A DNA stretch of 64,000 nt from Alphaproteobacteria bacterium. GTDB taxonomy: Bacteria > Pseudomonadota > Alphaproteobacteria > Rhizobiales > Rhizobiaceae. A program made the translations under genes and the position numbers. Within the stretch, counting starts at the first letter, position 1; every line of letters starts with the position of its first letter. Below the pieces are notes generated by a model. It saw only the letters and a list, made by a program, of their open reading frames with translations, made no database searches and had not been told where the DNA came from. Positions 60,200 through 64,000 of the stretch are shown piece after piece. Location: the NCBI GenBank assembly GCA_018823835.1, contig JAHJHT010000010.1, positions 68,245 to 132,244 of the forward strand, given 5' to 3'.

Positions 60200-61380
60200 G
60201 CGTCGCGGTCGAATTCAAGAACGTCGACATCATGTTCGGCGACGACACGACCAAGGCGGTCGCCATGCTCGACAGGGGCGCGGACCGCGCCGAAATCCTG
60301 GAGGCTACCGGTAATGTGCTTGGCTGTGCCGGCGCCAACCTGACCGTTCAGGAGGGCGAGATTTCGGTCCTGATGGGCCTGTCCGGCTCCGGCAAATCGA
60401 CCCTGCTGCGTGCTGTCAACGGCCTCAACAAGGTCACCCGCGGCGAGGTCATTGTGCATGACGGCGACTGGGCGGCCGATGTTGCCTCCTGCTCTGCCCA
60501 GGAGTTGCGCAAGATCCGCCGCGAATGCGTCGCCATGGTGTTCCAGCAGTTCGGTCTGCTGCCCTGGCGCACGGTCGAGGAAAATGTCGGCTTCGGCCTT
60601 GAACTTGCCGGCGTGCCGGAAAAGGAACGCAAGGAGCGCGTCGCCAAGCAGCTCGAACTCGTGCATCTCGACCAGTGGGCCAAGAAATACGCCCACGAAC
60701 TGTCGGGCGGCATGCAGCAGCGTGTCGGCCTCGCGCGTGCCTTCGCCACCGAGGCGCCGATCCTTCTCATGGACGAGCCCTTCTCGGCGCTCGACCCGCT
60801 GATCCGCACCAAGCTGCAGGACGAATTGCTGCAGCTGCAGGACGAACTGAAAAAGACCATCATCTTCGTCAGCCACGATCTCGAGGAGGCGCTGAAGATC
60901 GGCACCACCATCACCATCATGGAAGGCGGCCGCATCGTGCAGAGCGGCACGCCCGAAGACATCGTGCTGCAGCCGGCCAATGATTACGTGCGCGACTTCA
61001 TCGCCAATGTGAATCCGCTCTCGGTGCTCACCGCCTGGAACGTCATGCGCGACAAGCGCGACCTCGAAAGCGCCGGCGAAGGCGGCTGGCTGTGGCTCGA
61101 CCGACGTGAAACGACACGCTTCAAGATCGATGAGAAGGGCCTGGTCGTCGCCGCCGAACGCAACGGCCAGCCGGCAATCTGGGTGTCCTGCGATCCGATA
61201 GAAAAACTGCCGGAGGATTCGCACGAGGTCTACTGGGCCAATCCCGGCACCTCGCTCAAGGCCGTCATGCTTGCGATGCACCGCTCGCAGACCGCGCCCG
61301 TGGCGCTGTTCGACGAAGCCTCCCGCTTCATGGGCTCCATCGGCGTCCGGGACGTACTGTCGGCGGTTCTGCGGAGGTAG
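60196..61380 (+). CDS. proV: glycine betaine/L-proline ABC transporter ATP-binding protein
   Basis: Walker A GLSGSGKST, signature LSGGMQQR, Walker B LLMDEPFSALD, and a C-terminal CBS-like region. Confidence 0.93.
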   Translation: MSVAVEFKNVDIMFGDDTTKAVAMLDRGADRAEILEATGNVLGCAGANLTVQEGEISVLMGLSGSGKSTLLRAVNGLNKVTRGEVIVHDGDWAADVASCSAQELRKIRRECVAMVFQQFGLLPWRTVEENVGFGLELAGVPEKERKERVAKQLELVHLDQWAKKYAHELSGGMQQRVGLARAFATEAPILLMDEPFSALDPLIRTKLQDELLQLQDELKKTIIFVSHDLEEALKIGTTITIMEGGRIVQSGTPEDIVLQPANDYVRDFIANVNPLSVLTAWNVMRDKRDLESAGEGGWLWLDRRETTRFKIDEKGLVVAAERNGQPAIWVSCDPIEKLPEDSHEVYWANPGTSLKAVMLAMHRSQTAPVALFDEASRFMGSIGVRDVLSAVLRR

Positions 61381-61580
61381 CTCGCCCGGTGAAGGATCGG
61401 CCGCTGCGATCTTCGCTGGCGGTCGATGAGCAGTTCAATGCCAGCATCTGAAAAACCCCTCCGGTCTGCAATGCGCTTTGGATCGGACCGGCTCTCGGTC
61501 CGGTCGAGGCCGCCTGCCTGTCCTCATTCGTTGATGCCGGTCACCGGGTCGACCTGCATGTCTACGACGAGCCGGCGGGG

Positions 61581-62267
61581 GTGCCGCCCTGCGTCCGCCT
61601 GGTCGACGCCGCACTGACCCTGCCGCGAAATCATCTGGTCAGGCATCGCAAGACGGGCAGCTACTCGCTCGTCTCCAACCGGTTTCGATACGCGCTGATG
61701 GCCGCCGATCGGGGCCTGTGGATCGACAGCGATGTCGTATGCCTGCGCGCCATCGAGGATCGCCCGTACATTTTCGGCCGCGAGGACGAGACCACGATCA
61801 ACGGCGCGGTGCTCAAGCTGCCCGCGAATGCCGCCGTGCTCGAGGATCTCCTCGGCGTTTTCGAGACGCGCCGCTGGGTACCACCCTGGATCCGCAGCCG
61901 GAAGCGGTTGCAATACCGGCTGCTCTATCGGCTGGGTGGCCGCTTCGGCCTGGCCGACATGCCGTGGGGAACGGCAGGGCCCCGCGCGCTCACGCATTAT
62001 CTCGCTCGACACGGTCTCAGCGGCCACGCCACCCCGCCACACATTCTCTACCCGGTCGGACCGAACGAAACCGACCTGCTCCTTCGGCCGGACGCCGCCG
62101 GGCTGCGCCCCCGCATCAAGCCCGACACGCTGTGCATACATCTATGGAGCAAGCTGCGCGCCGAAACCGGCCCGGCAAGCCGGGGCTCGCTCGTCTCGCG
62201 CCTCGCCGACGGCAGCTGGCGCCAGGCCCTCGGACTGGCCGATCCGGCCCGGCCGAAGGCTTGGTAG
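61581..62267 (+). CDS. DXD-type glycosyltransferase (Gly_transf_sug / Gb3_synth-like); N-terminus unresolved, possibly frameshifted
   Basis: The track ORF starts at GTG 61581. It contains SNRFRYALMAADRGLWIDSDVVCL (DXD = DSD). The same frame upstream (61452-61580) encodes the expected N-terminal motif ALWIGPALGPVEAACLSSFVDAGHRVDLHVY but has no ATG, GTG or TTG. Confidence 0.5.
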   Translation: MPPCVRLVDAALTLPRNHLVRHRKTGSYSLVSNRFRYALMAADRGLWIDSDVVCLRAIEDRPYIFGREDETTINGAVLKLPANAAVLEDLLGVFETRRWVPPWIRSRKRLQYRLLYRLGGRFGLADMPWGTAGPRALTHYLARHGLSGHATPPHILYPVGPNETDLLLRPDAAGLRPRIKPDTLCIHLWSKLRAETGPASRGSLVSRLADGSWRQALGLADPARPKAW

Positions 62268-62288
62268 AGGTCCTTTCGCAGAGCGCGC

Positions 62289-62636
62289 CTAGAGCTTGCG
62301 GCAGGCCTCGCTCTGATAGGCGACACGCGCGCAATATTCCTGCCGCGCCTTGCTGACCAGCGCCTCGCCTTCGCTGACCATGCTGCGCCCGTCCGCGACG
62401 TGATCGTCGCCGCTGTCTGCCAGCTTGCGCGCGCGCTTCTGCTCTTTCTCGCCGAGAGCAATCTCGTCGGCGCCATCGGCAATCATTTTCTGGCCGCGTT
62501 GCAGGTCGGCAGTCGTTTGCGCGCTGAATTCTCCGCTCGCGCGAATCTGCTCATCAAGCGGATGGGCGCGCGTGCCGCAACCGGCCAATATGGCGATCAC
62601 GAGCATGAGCGCAGGGAGTTTGCCGGAAAATTGCAT
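62289..62636 (-). CDS. hypothetical lipoprotein
   Basis: Trimmed to the ATG at 62636. Lipobox ILAGC after MQFSGKLPALMLVIA, followed by a helical, charged mature part. Confidence 0.55.
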   Translation of the reverse strand: MQFSGKLPALMLVIAILAGCGTRAHPLDEQIRASGEFSAQTTADLQRGQKMIADGADEIALGEKEQKRARKLADSGDDHVADGRSMVSEGEALVSKARQEYCARVAYQSEACRKL

Positions 62637-62783
62637 GATCGAATCTACCTTCCTCTTTGGGGAGGCGGCAGATCGCAAACATGCATCAATCTGTAAAGCT
62701 AATAATTGTCATGCCCTAAGTGAGTTTCACTCATTGATTTGGTGCATCCTCCGGTACGTTGACACCGAAATGCCTCCGGCAGC

Positions 62784-63716
62784 CTACTCGCTTTCAACCA
62801 GGAAAGTGCCCAGCCTGAACGCCTCCTTTTCCTCGATCCCGGCATCCTCGAGCAGGTCGACCTGATCGTCGTCGACCTTCTCGGCCACCCTGCGCAACAG
62901 CTTCAAGGCAGGCGCGATGATCTTCGTGTCCTTCTCGGGATTCCAGACGGTATAGACCGGGAACGGAAAGGCCGGCGCACCACTGACAATGTGCAGCGTG
63001 CCGTTCGCGATGAGGTCCTCGATGAAGCGGGCCGGGAAGTAGCCCGCCCGCTGGTGCTCGACCACGTAGCGCGCCGCGAGCGTGCCAAGCGCCAGGCTGA
63101 CATGGGTGGAGCGGAACTCGGGGTATTGCATCTGGTGCGCCTGCACGAATTCCGGGCCCCAGTCGATGAAGACGTAGTCGCTGTCGAGGTTTGCGTCGTA
63201 GTTCGGATTGGTCGAAGCGAGAACCAGCGTGTCCTCCATCAGCACCTCGACCTCAAGACCCGGCCTCAGTTGTGGCGTGTACATGATCCCGATGTCGAGG
63301 ACACCGTCGAGCATCATGCGCAGCAGCCGGTCCGGCATCCCCATTTCGGCGCGCAGCGAGACATGCGGAAACTGGCGTTCGAGCAGGCGCAGCCAGCGCA
63401 TGGTCAGCTTCGGCCACAGGCTGTACTGGCTGCCGATGATGAGCATGTCCTGGAACCCCTCGGGCACCGCAACGTGATAGCGGGCCTCCTCCCAGACCTT
63501 CAGCAGGGAACGGGCGAAACGCTCGAACTGCTGGCCGGCGGGTGTCAGTTCCGCTCCCGTCTTTGTGCGCAGGAACACCTCGCGCCCAAGTTCTTCCTCG
63601 AGCCTCTTGATACGCAGGCTTACCGCCGATTGCGTGACATGCAGGCGCCGCGACGCGTTGACGAAGTTTCCCGAAGTCAGGACTTCGAGGAACGTCCGGG
63701 CGAGTTCGATGTCCAT
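62784..63716 (-). CDS. LysR family transcriptional regulator
   Basis: Trimmed to the ATG at 63716. It has an N-terminal HTH (MDIELARTFLEVLTSGNFVNASRRLHVTQSAVSLRIKRLEEELG) and a LysR substrate-binding domain. Confidence 0.9.
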   Translation of the reverse strand: MDIELARTFLEVLTSGNFVNASRRLHVTQSAVSLRIKRLEEELGREVFLRTKTGAELTPAGQQFERFARSLLKVWEEARYHVAVPEGFQDMLIIGSQYSLWPKLTMRWLRLLERQFPHVSLRAEMGMPDRLLRMMLDGVLDIGIMYTPQLRPGLEVEVLMEDTLVLASTNPNYDANLDSDYVFIDWGPEFVQAHQMQYPEFRSTHVSLALGTLAARYVVEHQRAGYFPARFIEDLIANGTLHIVSGAPAFPFPVYTVWNPEKDTKIIAPALKLLRRVAEKVDDDQVDLLEDAGIEEKEAFRLGTFLVESE

Positions 63717-63871
63717 GTCTGCTCTCCTGTCATGAGCACGCCGGCTGAGCGCCCGCGTGCGCGCGAACAACCAACTTCTATCAAGTATTTCTCGTTTAAC
63801 CCATATGAATTATTCGTTTTCCTCGTTCATCTCCATCGACTAGTGCTGCACTCCTCAACAGGAGTTTTCAC

Positions 63872-64000
63872 ATGACCAATTCAACACACCGCAGCCATTT
63901 CCTGGCATTGACCCTGGGTGCAGCGGCCCTCTCGGCCGTCACGCTCAATGGCGGAAACGCTGCTGGAGCGGTCGATGCATCGAAGTTCATCAAGCGCGGC
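63872..64000 (+). CDS. secreted/periplasmic protein, N-terminal fragment (runs off window end)
   Basis: ATG at 63872, after AGGAG. It starts MTNSTHRSHFLALTLGAAALSAVTL (signal-like) and is divergent from the LysR gene. Confidence 0.4.
   Translation, partial: MTNSTHRSHFLALTLGAAALSAVTLNGGNAAGAVDASKFIKRG

Noticed and set aside
61450-61456. Programmed -1 ribosomal frameshift at GAAAAAC in the glycosyltransferase.
   Set aside because: Only five A residues are present, so there is no canonical X_XXY_YYZ heptamer in the incoming frame, and I saw no obvious downstream stimulatory hairpin. An indel (mutation or sequencing error) is the simpler explanation.

Overview
High-GC, gene-dense chromosomal segment with about 70 coding regions. 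By gene content (BA14K protein, petABC, lgt/pgeF block, groESL, CspA paralogs) it is most likely an alphaproteobacterium of the Rhizobiales, possibly Mesorhizobium/Phyllobacteriaceae-like; this is inference only. Most of the window is housekeeping: uvrB, ilvE, lgt, prs, rplY-pth-ychF, corA, apt, petABC (cytochrome bc1), trmL, soxR, groES-groEL, fhs and proXWV. It also holds a chromate-resistance block (rhodanese-ChrB, chrA, flavin reductase), a MarR/OmpR/HK operon, a CoxSML-type molybdoenzyme and a pair of fused ABC exporters. I saw no rRNA, tRNA, CRISPR array, IS element or integrase. The ORF track is full of long antisense or out-of-frame shadow ORFs typical of high-GC DNA. I trimmed many track ORFs to internal ATGs that have Shine-Dalgarno sequences or that overlap the stop of the upstream gene. 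The main hunt result is a tightly packed five-gene minus-strand operon (51201-57911). It encodes a long coiled-coil protein, an orphan protein, a classic-clade AAA+ ATPase with a ~300-aa unknown N-domain, a second orphan protein, and a membrane-anchored protein that resembles what I remember as DUF2333. Its GC is host-like, it is divergent from proXWV, and it is followed by a lower-GC two-gene islet (membrane protein plus secreted Cys-containing protein). I cannot assign it to any characterised system. Its logic (polymer-like coiled coil, AAA+ remodeller, membrane anchor) suggests an envelope or membrane-remodelling or stress machine. Secondary observations: a cluster of small secreted proteins at 8.4-11.5 kb (a repeated Cys/His module, a double-Kazal lipoprotein, BA14K) interleaved with two csp genes whose long leaders begin with the same conserved block; a perfect SoxR box in a symmetric promoter; a glycosyltransferase whose conserved N-terminus has no start codon (likely frameshift); and low-complexity tails on UvrB. 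All family assignments come from reading motifs by eye. No database search was run.
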